A stretch of 64,000 nt of DNA from the human T2T-CHM13v2.0 reference genome, Homo sapiens: NCBI RefSeq assembly GCF_009914755.1, contig NC_060929.1. The stretch is one strand, 5' to 3'. The notes beneath the pieces were generated by a model, which saw nothing but the letters and a program-made list of their open reading frames with translations, was not told the DNA's origin and ran no database searches. Positions within the stretch are counted from its first letter, which is position 1. Each line of letters starts with the position of its first letter. This document shows, one piece after another, positions 14,800-29,116 of this stretch. The translations under genes were made by a program, and so were the position numbers.

Positions 14800-17700
14800 C
14801 AACAACAACAAAAATACCAAAAATTAGTAGAAGGAAATAAATAACAAAGATCAGAGCAGAACTAAACAAAATAGAGACTAAAAAAAAATTCTAAAGAATA
14901 AGTAAAACCAAGCAAAACCGAAAGTTGTTTTTTTTTTTTTTTTTTTTTTTTTTGGACAGACAAACAAATTTGACAAACCATTAGCTTCCTAGAAAAAAAG
15001 AGAGAAAACCCAAATAAACTGAATCAGAAAGAAAAAAAGGAGACATTAACAACTGATTCCAAATAAGTAAAAAATATCATCGGAGATTATTATGGATAAC
15101 TATTTACTAACAAACTTGAAAATCTAGAGGAAATAAATACATTACTGGACACATACAACTTCCCAAGATTGAATCTGTAGGAAATAAGAAAGGACGTAGA
15201 GGAAATAAATACATTGCTGGACACATACAACTTAACAAGATTGAACCTGTAAGAAATAAGAAACCTGGGCAGGCCAATCCTGAGTAATGAATTTGAATCA
15301 GTAATAAAAGGTCTCCTAACAAAGAAAAGCCCAGGATTGGATGGCTTCACTGTCGAATTTTAACAAACTTACAAAGAACTAACACCAAGTTCTCCTCCAA
15401 CTATTCTAAAAAAATTGAAGAGAAAGAAATTCTCCCTAACTCATCCCACAAGGTCTGTATTACACTGACACCAAAACCAGACATGGATGCAACAAGAAAA
15501 GAAAACTATCAGCCAATATCCCTGATGGACATAGATGCATAAATCCACAATAAAATACTAGAAAATTGAATTTAACAGCATATCCAGAAGATAATACACC
15601 ATGATCTGGTGAGATTTATCTCAGGGCTTCAAGGATGGTTCAACATATGCAAATCAATAATTATAATACATCACAACAAAATGAAGGACAAAACCAATAG
15701 ATGGAGAAAAGCATTTGATAAAATTCAGCATTCCTTCTTGGAAAAAAAACTCTCAACAAATTAGGCATAGAAAGACTATATCTCCTCAACATAATAAAGC
15801 TCAGATATGACAAACCCACAGCTAACATCATACTAAATGGGCAAATTTGAAAGCTTTTCTATATGAACTTGAATAAGACAAGGATGCTTATTTTCACCAC
15901 TCTTTTCAACACTGTACTGGAAGTCCTAACCAGAGCAACCAGGCAAGAGAAATAAATAAAAGGCATTCAAATTATAAAAAGGAAGTCAAATTGTCCTTCT
16001 TTCCAGGTGGCATGATCTTATACCTAGAAAAACCTAAAGACTCCATCAATAAACTCTTAGATGTTATAAATGAAGTCAGTAAAGTTGCAGGATACAAAAT
16101 CAACATACAAAAATAAGTAGCATTTCTTTACGCTAATAACAATCTCACTGAGAAATAAATCAATAAGGAAATTGTTTTTACAATATCTATGAGAAAATAA
16201 AATACCTAGGAATAAATTTAACCATGAGGGTAAAAGGCCTCTACAAGGAAAACTACAAAACACCAAAGAAAGAAATTGAGGAGGACACAAATAGAAAGAC
16301 ATTCCATGCTTATGGATCAGAAGAATTAATATTGTAAAAATGGCAATATTGCCTAAAGCAATCTAGAGATTCAATACAATCTCTATCAAAACACCAATGT
16401 CATTGTTCACAGAAATTGGGAAAACATTCCTACAATTCAGATGGAACCAAAAAAGAGCCCAAATAGTCAAAGTGATCCTGAGCAAGAAGAACAAAGCTGG
16501 AGACATCATGCTACCTGACTTTAAAATATATTACTAGGCTGTAACAACCAAAATGACATGGTATGGTTACATAAAAATAGACACATAGACCAATGGAATG
16601 GAATAGAAAACCCAGAAATAAAGTCACTTATTTACAGCCAGCTGATTTTTGACAAAAGCTCCAAGAACATATATTAGGGAAGGGATATCCTCTTCAATAA
16701 AATGGTGCTGGGAAATTTGAATATTCATATGCAGAAAGTGAAACTGCAACCCTATCTTTCACAATATACAAACATCATCGCAAGATAAAGATTTAAATGT
16801 AAGACTCAGAACTATAAAACCACTAGAAGAAAACATATGAGAAATTCAGCATAATTTTGTAGGCAAAGATTTTATGGCTAAGGCCTCAAAAGCAAGGCAA
16901 ATAAACCAAAAATAGACAAAGGAAACTATATTAAACTAGAAAGCTTCTGCACAGCAAAGGAAATAATCAACAGAGTTAAGAGGCAATCTGACGAATAGGA
17001 GAAAATGTTTGAAAACTCTTCTCCTGACAAGAAAGTAGTATCCAGAATGTAGAAGGAATTTGAACAATAGTTTTTTTTTTTAATATCCCATTAAAAAGTG
17101 GGCAAATGACATAAGTAGACATTTCTCAAAAGAAGACATACAAATGGCCAACGGGCATATGAAAAATAAATTAAATATCACTAATCATCAGGAGAATGTA
17201 AATCAAAGCCATAATAAGATAACATCTTACCCCAGTTAGAATGGCATTATTAAAAAGACAAAAAAACAGTGGATACTTGTGAGGATGCAGAGAGAAGGGA
17301 GCTGTTATACACTGTTTGTAGGATTGTAAATTAGTATAGCTATTATGAAAGACAGATGGAGAATTTTCAAAAAATGAAAAATAGGACTCCCGTTGAGTTT
17401 AGTAATCCCACTATTGGATATTTATCCAAATAAAAAGAAGTCAGTTTATGTAAGAGATTCATGCATCTCCATGTTTATTACAGCACTATTTACAATAGCA
17501 AAGAAACTGAATCAACCTAAGTGTTCATCAATAGATGAATGGATAAAGAAAATGTGTTATATATACACAATAGAATACCACGCAGCCATAAAAAACAATG
17601 AAACAATGTCATTTGAAGCCACATGGATGGAACGGGAGGTCAGTATGTTAAGTCAAATAAGTCAGGCACAGAAAGACAAATATCACATGCTCTCCCTCAT

Positions 17701-18065
17701 ATGTGGGAGTGAAATGCTGATTTCTTGGAAGCAGATAGTTGAATGATGGTTACCAGAGGCTGGAAAGAGTGTGTGTGGGGAGAGGGTGATAAACGGAAGT
17801 TGGTTAATGGGCAGAAACACACAGATGGACTGAGTAGGTTTTAATGTTCAATAGCGGAGTGGGATGACTATAGCTTAATAATAATGTATGGTATATTTGA
17901 AAATAGCTGGAAGAGAGGAGTTTAAAGTTCCTAACACATAGAAGTGATAAAGTCTCAAGATGATGGATATCCTAAATACCCTGACTTGATTATTACACAT
18001 CCTATGCATGTAATAAAATAACACATGTACTCTATAAATGTGTAGAAGTATTACATATAAATAAA
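14800..18065 (+). mobile_element. LINE-1, L1MA-type (L1MA4/5-like); ORF2 3' portion and 3' UTR
   Basis: Decayed ORF2 (ORF 17393-17746 is its C-terminus); 3' UTR GATGGATATCCTAAATACCCTGACTTGATTATTACACA is characteristic of L1MA. Confidence 0.88.
15125..15263. repeat. 67-bp tandem duplication with a 5-nt filler, inside L1MA
   Basis: TAGAGGAAATAAATACATT...GAAATAAGAAA at 15125-15191 and 15197-15263, separated by GGACG. Confidence 0.92.
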
Positions 18066-18100
18066 TACATATATAAAATGAATATTTAGAAGAACATATT

Positions 18101-18245
18101 GGCTTGGACTGATGGCTTATGCGTGTAATCCCAGCAAGTTGCAGGACTGAGGCAGGCGGATGGCTTGAGCCCAGGAGTTCAAGACCAGCCTGGGCAATAT
18201 AGTTGATGTTTTCAACATCTCTGTTGAAAAAAAAAAAAAAAAAAA
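18101..18245 (+). mobile_element. Alu monomer (FLAM_C-like)
   Basis: GGCTT...GTAATCCCAGC...GCTTGAGCCCAGGAGTTCAAGACCAGCCTGGGCAATATAG followed by poly(A). Confidence 0.85.
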
Positions 18246-18266
18246 GAACTTCGTAAACATGGGTTA

Positions 18267-18642
<376 letters not shown>

Positions 18643-18724
18643 TTACCTCAAAATTTAAACTTCTCTATGGCCAGTGGTACTATGAGCCCAAAATTTTAAA
18701 AGTCACACACTGAGAGAATTTTAA

Positions 18725-18958
18725 TTTTTTTTTGAGACAGAGTTTCGCTCTTGTCTCCCAGGTTGGAGTGCAATGGCATGATCTCAGCTGGGATTACAGG
18801 TGCCCACCACCATGCCCAGCTAATTTTTGTATGTTTAGTAGAGACGGGGTTTCACCATGTTGGCCAGACTGGTCTCAAACTCCTGACCTCAGGTTATCCA
18901 CCAGCCTTGGCCTCCCAAAGTGCTGGGAATACAGGTGTGAAGAGCCACTATGCCCGGC
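18725..18958 (-). mobile_element. AluS (Sq/Sp-like) with ~55-nt internal deletion
   Basis: Antisense GAGTTTCGCTCTTGT diagnostic; ATCTCAGCT joined directly to GGGATTACAGG through AGCT microhomology; TSD approximately GAGAATTTTAAT. Confidence 0.94.
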
Positions 18959-21900
18959 TGAGAATTTTTAATAAAGGCTATAATCTTTGATAATCAAAAA
19001 ATAAAAATAAAAAAAGGAAAAGAAAGAGACAAGAAAAAATATCAGGGAGGGAGAAGGAGAGAAAGAAAAGAAGAAATAAAGCAGCCCAAGATAAAAAAAG
19101 TCAAATGTCAGAAACAGTAATTTAGGAAAGAAAAATCTGAATGGTCAACAAGAAAATGAAAGATGCTGAAACTTATTAACAACAAGCAAGGAGCTGCAAA
19201 TTAAAACTACACTGAGATAACATTTTGTACCTATCATATTGCCAAAAAAAATGTAAGCCTTACAAAATGAAGCATTGGGAAAGGTGTGCAACAATGGAAA
19301 CATGTATACTCTGCCTCTGATCCTATGAAATGTACATTGGTACAACCACTTTAGAAAATATCTTGGTAATATCTATTGAAGCTGAATATGTGCATACCTT
19401 ATGATCCAGCAAGTACACTCTCTCAAGTATGTGTACAAGAATGTTCCTTTTAATATTATTTGTAATGAAAAACAATGACAAAAAAACTGAGCATCAATAG
19501 GAAAAGGGGTGAATAAACTGTGGTATGAACAGCAGTTGTAACCTAACACACAAACACACATAGACACACATACACACACATACAAACATATACATAAAGG
19601 ATGGTACAAAAAATGCATTGTCAGGTAATATGCTGAATGACACAATAGCATTTATATAAACTTTTATAAACACAAAAAGCAATCCAATATATTGTCAGTT
19701 GAGATACACACACATATGTATGTGAAAACATTAGAACACAGATTGACTGGAAGGAATCAAAACAATATCTTGGCATTGATTACAGGAGGGAAAGAGTGGG
19801 TAATGTATCTGAGGAATGAAGACCTTCATTTACTCTGTATTTTTCTACATGAAATAGAGTATGTGTATATTTGTGTAAATGTGTATGCATCTGTGTGTAT
19901 TTGTCTTCTACATATATAAAATATATAATATATTAAATATATATGTTAAAATTATAAAAAGTTATCATTTGTAATTTTGGGAGAGTGTTTTTACACAAAT
20001 TTTGCATTTTTCTACTTTTTAGCATTAAAAAAATAAAAACCTAAGTGTGAATCAGATGCTGAGTTATGACAATTTGAGGCCAAGACTAACCGAGGCATTA
20101 GAATTCTAAGAAGGAGGCCTGAAAAACACTGTGCATCAAAAATGGTAATTTACCTGCCCGCCTAAAAGGAAGTCAAATCGCAGTGTCAGATTCCAGCTGT
20201 GCCGCTAGTTAACACTGCAGCTCAGAGAATGGATTGTTTTCGTGGAGGAAGTGTTTTGAGGATGCTGAGGCAGAGCCGCAGCCAGGGACTTTGGGGAAAT
20301 AAGGTTCCGTAGAAAGTAGGCTGCAGAAGAGAATTTTCACTAGGCCAGGGGAGGTCAGCAAGGCAAAGCAAACAAAACCTGAAGAGCTGAATACAGAGAA
20401 AATACGTCTATTTGGAGACCACTGCACATTTTTCTTTAGGCCAGTCCCTCTCCCGCTTCCATTCTCCTCCTCATTTCATCCTTTCCTCTTTTTCTTTTAA
20501 GGGAACAGAAAGAACATGGAAGTTAAGGTGTGAGAGGAGGTGACACAGAAATTTGTCTTTTATGTTTTGATTTTTGTGCTTTCTAAAATAACATATTTGC
20601 TCTTATTATCTCTTCTTGCCTAAAGCAGATGAAAATATCTTGAGTGCCTCCTAAAACTATGAAACTTTAAGGCAAAATAAACTTGGTTTTATGCCTTAGG
20701 AAATACCATTTCATGATCTATGCAAAGTCTGTCTGTGAAATTTGAGAAAAAATTGTTAAAAGTAAAAATTGGAGGCATTGCCCTAACTTTAAATATCGTA
20801 TACTGTACTAAGTTTAACATTTGCCTTTTCTGAAATGTACAATGGCATACATTTTTTTTTCTGTATCTATCCCTAAGGTGTTGAAAATTTACTTTAAAAA
20901 TCACTAGCAATATATGGTCAAAAGTGACAGAATATATTTTCACTTCGAAGCTTTTGTTACGTTTATTTATGAAGATACTTTAAAAAAAATTTCCTTTTTA
21001 ATATAGCTATTGAGGAAAAAAATTATATGTAATTAGAGCAAATTAAATTTAAATCATTTGTAATCCTTCCAATGTTCGAGAAGTTAAGTCTAAACAAATT
21101 TATTTTATTTTATGCTATGGCTTCTAACCAAAGGAAGAGCTGAGTTAACACCGAATTTTAATTCACTGTGACCTTCATGCTATTAAAGGTTGTTTCTGGC
21201 TTGTGAAGACCTTTCTGGGCCTACCTCATTATCTTCCTGGTTCTGAGAAGAACCTAGAATTTCAAAAGAAGATGTCAAGGGAACTGTTACTCTTATGAAA
21301 GTCAAGTTTTCCAACTAAAATGGAGTAAGAGAATTCTTGGAGCCTGAGCTCTTCTTTCAACAGGAGGCTAATGAGGACCTTCTGGGATTTCACTTTGCTG
21401 TGCTGATTCTTCTTGTCCTACATTTCTTTCTAGGATCTTCTGTGCTAATGATTCTTTTATTGCTACAGTGGTACCTACAGCACTTTCTACCTACTATATC
21501 TCACTGGAAGTGATTGTTCTACTGTCATAATTCCTTTGTTCTTTGAAGCACATGGTTGCAATTTTCAGAATGAGAGAAAAGCCACCACAGTTTGCAAGTT
21601 CTAGAATAAAAAGATGTTTGGGAGACACCTGCCAATAAGTATAAAACTATATTTTCTTCTTAATGAAAACACTTAAAAGCAAGATATATATTTATACATC
21701 TGCCACTAGAGTCAACTAAATACACACACACACATACACACACACAGAGCCAACACTTTAATTGCATGACTTAGAATAAAAATATTTGATTCATTAATAC
21801 ACTAAGCTGAGAGAATGTATTTAATTACCTTCATCATATTTATTAAAAATATGAAAGAAAAGACAAGCCCCTTACAATTTATTTTGAATTTTGTGAAATA

Positions 21901-22249
21901 GCTTATTGGTAATAATCTGTATATATCCTTCAATTCATTTAGAATATAAACCTGTGTTAACTGCCTGTGAAAGATTAGTGAATGAAGACTCAATATCATA
22001 AATAGATACTTAGTGGAGTTTAAAATTTCACCTAAAGCAAGGAGGTTGATTTTTGCAAATTCATTAAATAGGTTGTTTTGATAATAATTCACTTGCAAAG
22101 TCCTATCAGTAACATTTTGACCAATTCTCTACGATTCACGTTCTAGGAACATCACATGGTGCGACTAAAACCTGAACCTTGGATTTGTTTGACTTTAACA
22201 CCTATGTTCTTTCAATTACCTTGATGGTAGAAGAAGAAGAGATTCCTCA

Positions 22250-23955
22250 AGTAAAGAGAGTGGTGCCAGCAACATCTTGGAGACTAGAAACAGAGTAGTG
22301 TGTGCAAGAAACCACAAGTATTTAAGGCATTGCTGGAGGTTTACTCCTCAGGCATAGGTAGAACAGCAGCCAGAAATCACACATGCCATGCTAAAGAGAA
22401 GAAAATGAATCTTGTGAGCAGTACAGAGCCACTAAAGTGTTTTAAGCAAATAAGATACATGGTAATATTTGCAATTTAAATATCAGTAGATTGACAGCAG
22501 CAGGAACCCATCTAGAGCAGCTGCTGCCAAGACACGGGCTGCAGCAGGGAGGCGCTGATGGGGCTATAATGTTCCACAGAGAAGGCAGGAGCCACCCTCC
22601 CTACTCCATGGAGCAGACAGGAACCTGCCCTCCCCAGGTGCCCTGCAGCAGCCCTGCCACGGCTCCGGACCCTCTGGTCCCCAGCGTCTCTGTGCTCTTG
22701 GGGGCCTGGGAAAACTCCCCAACTCTCTCACAGGCTTCCTGGGTGCAGCTGCAGCTGCCCTCCCAGGTGCAGGACCTGAGTGCAGTCTGCACCCTTGGGA
22801 GCCAGGAAGACCCCCTGTCCCCAGAGGCTCAGGGGTGTATGTTCCCACTGCCTGGCCTCTCCCCGTTCCTGGCACTGGGTTTGATCTCAGAGTGGGGTTG
22901 GGGCCAAGCCCAGGCACTGTCACAGCCAGGCTGGGTGTGTGCACACTTGGGGCTGCTATGACACGCCAGCCCTGTGCTGCCTTGGCCCCCTTTGGATTTT
23001 GGGCACTGAGGAGCATGGGAGAGGAAGCCCAGGCAGGGGCTAAGGGTGGCTGGGTGCTGGCCTGGAGGTGTACTTTGGTGCTGGCAGCCTTGGCACCATG
23101 GACCTCAGCAGAAGGCAGACAGGCTCCTGGGTGGAAGGGGGTGGATCCCTGGTGAAGCCTCAACTTCAGGCCAGGCTGCCAGTCCTACAGACTAGAGGGG
23201 GAACCCATGGTACTTTTTCCTGGGCTTGACCGTGGCTGCTCATGGGCCAGTCAGCAGGCACTTTCCCTGCTCTGAAGACCATGAAAATCCCAGAGTCAGC
23301 CAAAGCAGGGCAGACATTGGGAAGACAAGCTGCAGAGAGAAGATACCCTCTGCAGGGCCTCCATGCTGAGAGCTGCAGACAACAGGAGGACCAGCTAGAG
23401 AGAGGAGCTACCCTCTCTGCTGAGAGCAAACACTTGTCAGAATGACCTGCCTGCAGAGAGGATCCACCCACTCCAGGCCTCCTCTCTGCTGAGAGTTGAA
23501 CACTCAACTGGACAACCTGCCTACAGAGAGGAGTTCCCCACTGCTGGTCTCCTCTAAGCTGTTCTAACACTCAATAAAGCTTCTCTTTGTCTTGCTCACC
23601 CTCCACTTGTCTGTGTACTTCATGCTTCTGGAGGCAGGACAAGACCTCAGGCAAAGGCATCACTGGCCATAGAGGTTTCTGGCCAGAAAAATGACACCCC
23701 AACGATCCTGTGACAGTAATATTTACAATTTAAATATCAGTAGTCAAAAAAGGATGGATTTTTGGAGATTGTTGGAATAATCCTGGTTTTCACCTAAGAT
23801 CCTTCAGGAGATAATTCATGGTAGAATGATTTACAAGAGAAGGTTTGAGAAATGTTTCAGAGGTAAGATGAGGTGTTGTTACAGACAGACTGGTTACTAG
23901 GAAGAACAGTATGCTTGGATACATAATGAGAGAATCAGTCCCAGGTGTCTGAGTT
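22250..23955 (-). mobile_element. L2 fragment hosting the MER52 LTR
   Basis: GCCATGCTAAAGAG...GAGCCACTAAAGTGTTTTAAGCA before the LTR and further L2-like sequence after it. Confidence 0.5.
22492..23715 (+). mobile_element. ERV1 solo LTR, MER52-family (MER52A/C-like)
   Basis: GC-rich 1.2-kb block with TG...CA termini: starts TGACAGCAGCAGG...GAGCAGCTGCTGCC, has internal CTGCAGAGAG/GCTGAGAGC repeats and CTCAATAAAGCT, ends AGAGGTTTCTGGCC...GACACCCCAACGATCCTGTGACA. Confidence 0.9.
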
Positions 23956-25008
23956 AGAGTACACAGTCCAGGAGTTGTGAGCTGAGTCTTGGCCCCCTAA
24001 AATCTTCCAGAAATGAAGCCAGTCAGTTGAACTCAACTTAAATCACAATCAAACCCTCAAGTTCATCAAGTAGGATAAAAGAAAAAAAAAACTTATCCAA
24101 ACGACAGTAACTTCAAAGATTGAAGAAACATCAGCCCACAAAGATGAAAAGGAACAAGTGCAAGAGCTCTGACAACCCAAAAAGCCAGTGTACCTTCTTT
24201 CCAACAAATGACTGCACTAGGCCTCCAGGAAGGAATCTGAACAGGGCTGAAATAGCTTCAATGACAGAAATAGATATCAAAATATGGATAGGAACAAAGA
24301 TCATGGAGATGGAGGAGTACATTGAAACTCAATCCAAGGAAGCTAATAATCACAATAAAATAAAACAGAAGATGACAGACAAAATACCCATTATAGAAAA
24401 GCTTTAAACTGACCAGATGGAGCTGAAAAACACACTATAAGAATTTTATAATGCAATCATTCATATTAATAGGAGAATAGGTCAGCTGAGAAAGGAGTCT
24501 CAGAGCTTGAAGACTTGCTTTCTGAAATAAGAGACAGGCAAGAATAGAGAAAAAATAATGAAAAGCAATGAATAAAACCTCTGAGAAATACAGGATTGTG
24601 TAAAGAGACCAAATCTATGACTCAATAGTGTCACTCAAGAGATATGGGGAGAATAGAAGCAACTTGGAAAACATATTACAGCATATCATCCACAGAACTT
24701 CTCCAATCTAGCTAGAGAGGCCAATATTCAAATTCAGGAAATGCAGATAACCCCAGGAAGATACTCCACAAGAAGATCATCACCAAGACACATAATCATC
24801 ATATTCTCCAAGGTCAAAATGAAAGAAAACATTTTAAAGGCAGCTAGCAAGAAAGGTCAGGTCACCTACAAAGGGAAACCCATCAGACTAACAGTGGATC
24901 TCTCAGCAGAAATCCTATAAGCCAGAAGGACTGGGGGCTGGTATTCAATATTCTTAAAGAAAATAAATTCTTAAAGAAAAGAAATTTTTAAAGAAAAGAA
25001 AAATATTC

Positions 25009-25294
25009 TTTTTTTTGAGACAGAGTCTTGCACTGTTGCCTGGGCTGGTGTGCAGTGGCATGATCTCAGCTCACTGCCAAATCTGTCTTCCAGGTTCAAG
25101 TGATTCTCTTGCCTCAGCCCCCTAAGTAGCTAGGTTTACAGGCGCCACCACCACGCCCATCTAATTTTTTGTATTTTTAATAGAGACAGTTTCACTATGT
25201 TGGAAAGGCTGATCTCAAATTCCTGACCTCGTGACCTGCCCAACTCTGCCTCCCAAAATGTTGAGATTACAGGCATGAGCCGCCACATGTGGCC
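25009..25294 (-). mobile_element. AluS (Sg/Sc-like) nested in L1 ORF1
   Basis: Antisense dimer; TSD approximately AAGAAAAGAAA(AAT)ATTCT; L1 ORF1 resumes after it. Confidence 0.93.
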
Positions 25295-28200
25295 AAGAAA
25301 AGAAATTCTAACTAAGAATTTCATATCTTACAAAACTAAGCTTCATAAGTGAAGGATAAATAGGATTATTTTCAGACAAGCAAGTGGTGAAGGAATTCAT
25401 TACCACCAGACCTACCTTATGAGAGCTCCTGAAGGAAGAACTAAATATGGGTAAAAAGACCCTTACCAGCCTCTACAAAAACACTTAAGTACACAGACCA
25501 GTGACACTGTAAAGCAATTACACAAAAAGTCTGCAAAATATTCAGCTAACATCATGATAACAGGATCAAATCCATACACATCAGCACTAACCCTGAAATG
25601 GGCTAAATGCCCCAATTAAAAGGCATAGTGTGACAAGCTGGATAAAGAACCAAGACCCAATGGTATGCTGTCTTCAAGAGACCCATCCACAGACAATGAC
25701 ACCCATTGGCTCAAAATAAAGGGATGGAGAAAAATTTACCAAGCTAATGGAAAACACAAAAAAGCAGTGGTTGCAACCCTAATTTCAGACAAAACAGGCT
25801 TTAAACCAACAAAAATCAAAAAAGACAAAGAAGGAAATTATATAATAGTAAAGAGTTCTATTCAACAAGAAGACCTAACTATCCTAAGTATATATGCATC
25901 CAACACAGGATCACCCAGATTCATAAAGTAAGTTCTTAGAGACCTTTGGACAGACTTAGACTCCCACCTAATAACAGTGGGAGACCTCAACACCACTCTG
26001 ACAGTTTATCAAGACAGAAAATTCATGAAGATATTCAAGACTTTAACTCAGCATTGAATCAAATGGACCTGCTAGTCATCTACAGAGCTCTCCACCCTAA
26101 AAGGACGGAATATACATTCTTCTCATTGCCACATGGCACATACTCTAAAATTGACCACACAATGAGACATAAAATAATCCTTAGCAAATACAAAAGAACT
26201 AAAATCATACCAACCACTCTCCCTGACCCTGACACAATAAAATTAATAATCAAGTCTAAGAAAATTGCTCAAAACCATACAGTTACATGGAAATTAAATA
26301 ACCTGCTCCTGAATGACATTTGGGTAAATAATGAAATTAAGGCAGCAATCAAAAAGTTATTTGAAACTAATAAGAACAAAGATACAACATACCAGAATCT
26401 CTGGGACACAGCTAAGGCAGTGTTAAGATGGAAATTTATAGCACTAAACACCCACATCAAAAAGGTAGAACGATCTCAATTTAACAACTTAACATCACAA
26501 CTAAGAGAACTAGCAAACCAAGAGCAAACTAACTCCACAATCAGCAGAAGACAAGAAATCACCAAAACCAGAACTGAACTAAAGGAGACTGAAACACAAA
26601 AAAACCATTAAAAAGATCAACAAATCTATTAGTTGTCTTTTTAAAAAATTAATAAAATAGATAGAACACTAGCTAGACAAAGAAGAGAAAAGATCCAGAT
26701 AAACACAATTAGAATGACAAAGAGGATGTTACCACTGACCCCACAGAAGTAGAAATAACCATCAGAGAATACTGTGAACACCTCTATGCATACAAACTAG
26801 AAAATTTAGAAGAAATGATAAATTCCTGGACATATATACCCTGCAAAGACTAAACCAGGAAGAAATTGAATCCCTGAATAGACAAATAACAAGCTCCAAA
26901 ATGGAATCAGTAATAAATAGCCTACTAACCAAAAAAATCCCAGGACCAGATAGATTCACAGCTGAATTCTACCAGATGTACAAAAAGGAGCTGGTACCAT
27001 TTCTACTAAAACTATTCCAAAAAAATTGAGAAGGAGGGACTCCTTTCTAACTCGTTCTATAGGCCAGCATCATCCTGATACCAAAACCTGGCAGAGACAC
27101 AACAAAAAAAGAAAACTCAAACCAATATTCTTGATGGACACTGATACAAAAAATCCTCGACAAACACTGACCAACCAAATCCAGCAGCATGTCAAGAAGC
27201 CTTCCATCACAGACAAGTAGGCTTTATTCCTGGGATGCATGGTTGCTTCAACATATGCAAATCAATAAAGGTGATTCATCACATGAACAGAACTAAAGAC
27301 AAAAACCATATGATTATTTCAGTAGATTCAGAAAAAGCTCTCAATAAAATTCAACACCCCTTTATATTAAAAACTCTCAATAAACTAAGTATTGAAGGAA
27401 CATACCTCAAAGTAATAAGAGCCATCTGTGACAAACCGACAGCCAACATCATATAACTGGGCAAAAGCTGGAAGCATTCCCCTTGAAAACCAGCATGAAA
27501 CAAGGATGCTCTCTTTCATCACACCTATTCAACATAGTATTGGAAATCTTGAGCACAGCAATCAGGTAAGAGAAAGAAATAAAGGCCAATGAAATAGGAG
27601 GAGAGGAAGTCAAACTATCCCTGTTTTCAGATGACATAATTCTATGTGTAGAAAACTTCACAGTCTGTCCAAAACTCCTTCAGCTGATAAACAACTTGAG
27701 CAGAATCTCAGGATACAAAATCAACATACAAAAATCACTAGCATTCCTATACATTAATAATAGTCAAAGTGAGAGACAAATCAGGAATACATTCTCATTC
27801 ACAATTGCCACAAAAAGAATAAAATACCTAGGAATACAGCTAAACAGGTAGGTAAAAGATCTCTACAAAGAGAACTACAAAACACTGGTCAAATAAATCA
27901 GAGAAGACACAAACAAATGGAAAACCATTTCATACTCATGGATAGGAAGAATCAATATTGTCAACATGGCCATACTACCCAAAGCAATTTATAGATTCAA
28001 CACTATTCCTATCAAACTACCAATGATATTCTTCACAGAACTAGAAAAAACTAGTTTAAAATTCATATGAAACCGAGAAGGAGTCAGAAAAGCCAAGGCA
28101 TTCCTAAGCAAAAAGAACAAAGCTGGAAGCATCATACTACGCAACTTCAAACTATACTACTGGGCTACAGTAACCAAAACATAATGGTACTGGTACAAAA

Positions 28201-28980
28201 ACAGACACATAGACCAATGGAAAAAAATAGAAGGCCCAGTAAAAAGGCTGCACACTTACAACCACCTGACCTTCAACAAAGCTGACAAAAGCAAGCAATG
28301 GGGAAATGACTCCCTGTTCAATAAATAGTGCTGGGATAACTGGCTAGCCATATGCAGAAGATTGAAACTGGACTCCTTCATCACACCATACACAAAAATC
28401 AACTTGAGATGGATTGAAGACTTAAATGTAAAACCCAAAACTATAAAAAGCCTTGGACGACAACCTAGGCTTCTGCACAGCAAAAGAAACTGTCAACAGA
28501 GTAAATAGACAACTACGGAATAAGAGAAAGTTTTTGCAAACTATGCATTAACAAAAGTCTAATATCTAGCATCTATATGGAGCTTCAACAATTACAAGAA
28601 AAAAACATTAAAAAGTAGGCAAAGAACATGAACAGACACTTCTCAAAAAAAGATATGCATGTGGCCAACAAGAATGTGAAAAAAAGCTCAATATCACTGA
28701 TCATTAGAAAAAAGCAAATCAAAACCACAATGAGATATTGTCTCACACCAGTCAGGATGGCTATTACTGAAAAGTCAAAAAATAACACATGCTGGCCAAG
28801 TTGTGAAGAGAAAGGAACGCTTACGCATTGTTGGTGGGTGTAAACTAGTTCAACCCCTGTGGAAAGCAGTGTGGCAATTACTCAAAGAGCCAGAAACAAA
28901 ACTACAATTCGACCCAGCAATCCCATTACTGAGTATGTACGAAAGGAATATAAATTGTTCTATCATAAAGACACATGCAA

Positions 28981-29116
28981 GGCCAGGCGCGGTGGCTCAC
29001 GCCTCTAATCCCAGCACTTTGGGGGGCCGAGGCGGGCGGATCACAGGGTCAGGAGATCGAGACCATCCCGGCTAACACAGTGAAACCCCCTCTCTGCTAA
29101 AAAAAAAAAAAAAAAA
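28981..29116 (+). mobile_element. AluY-lineage left monomer only, nested in L1
   Basis: GGCCAGGCGCGGTGG...GAGATCGAGACCATCCCGGCTAACAC...CTCTGCT then A18; perfect TSD AAAGACACATGCAA at 28967-28980 and 29114-29127. Confidence 0.93.

Noticed and set aside
22491-23570. Overlapping 100-200 aa ORFs
   Set aside because: They lie wholly within the GC-rich MER52 LTR, where stop codons are scarce; no protein motif recognised.
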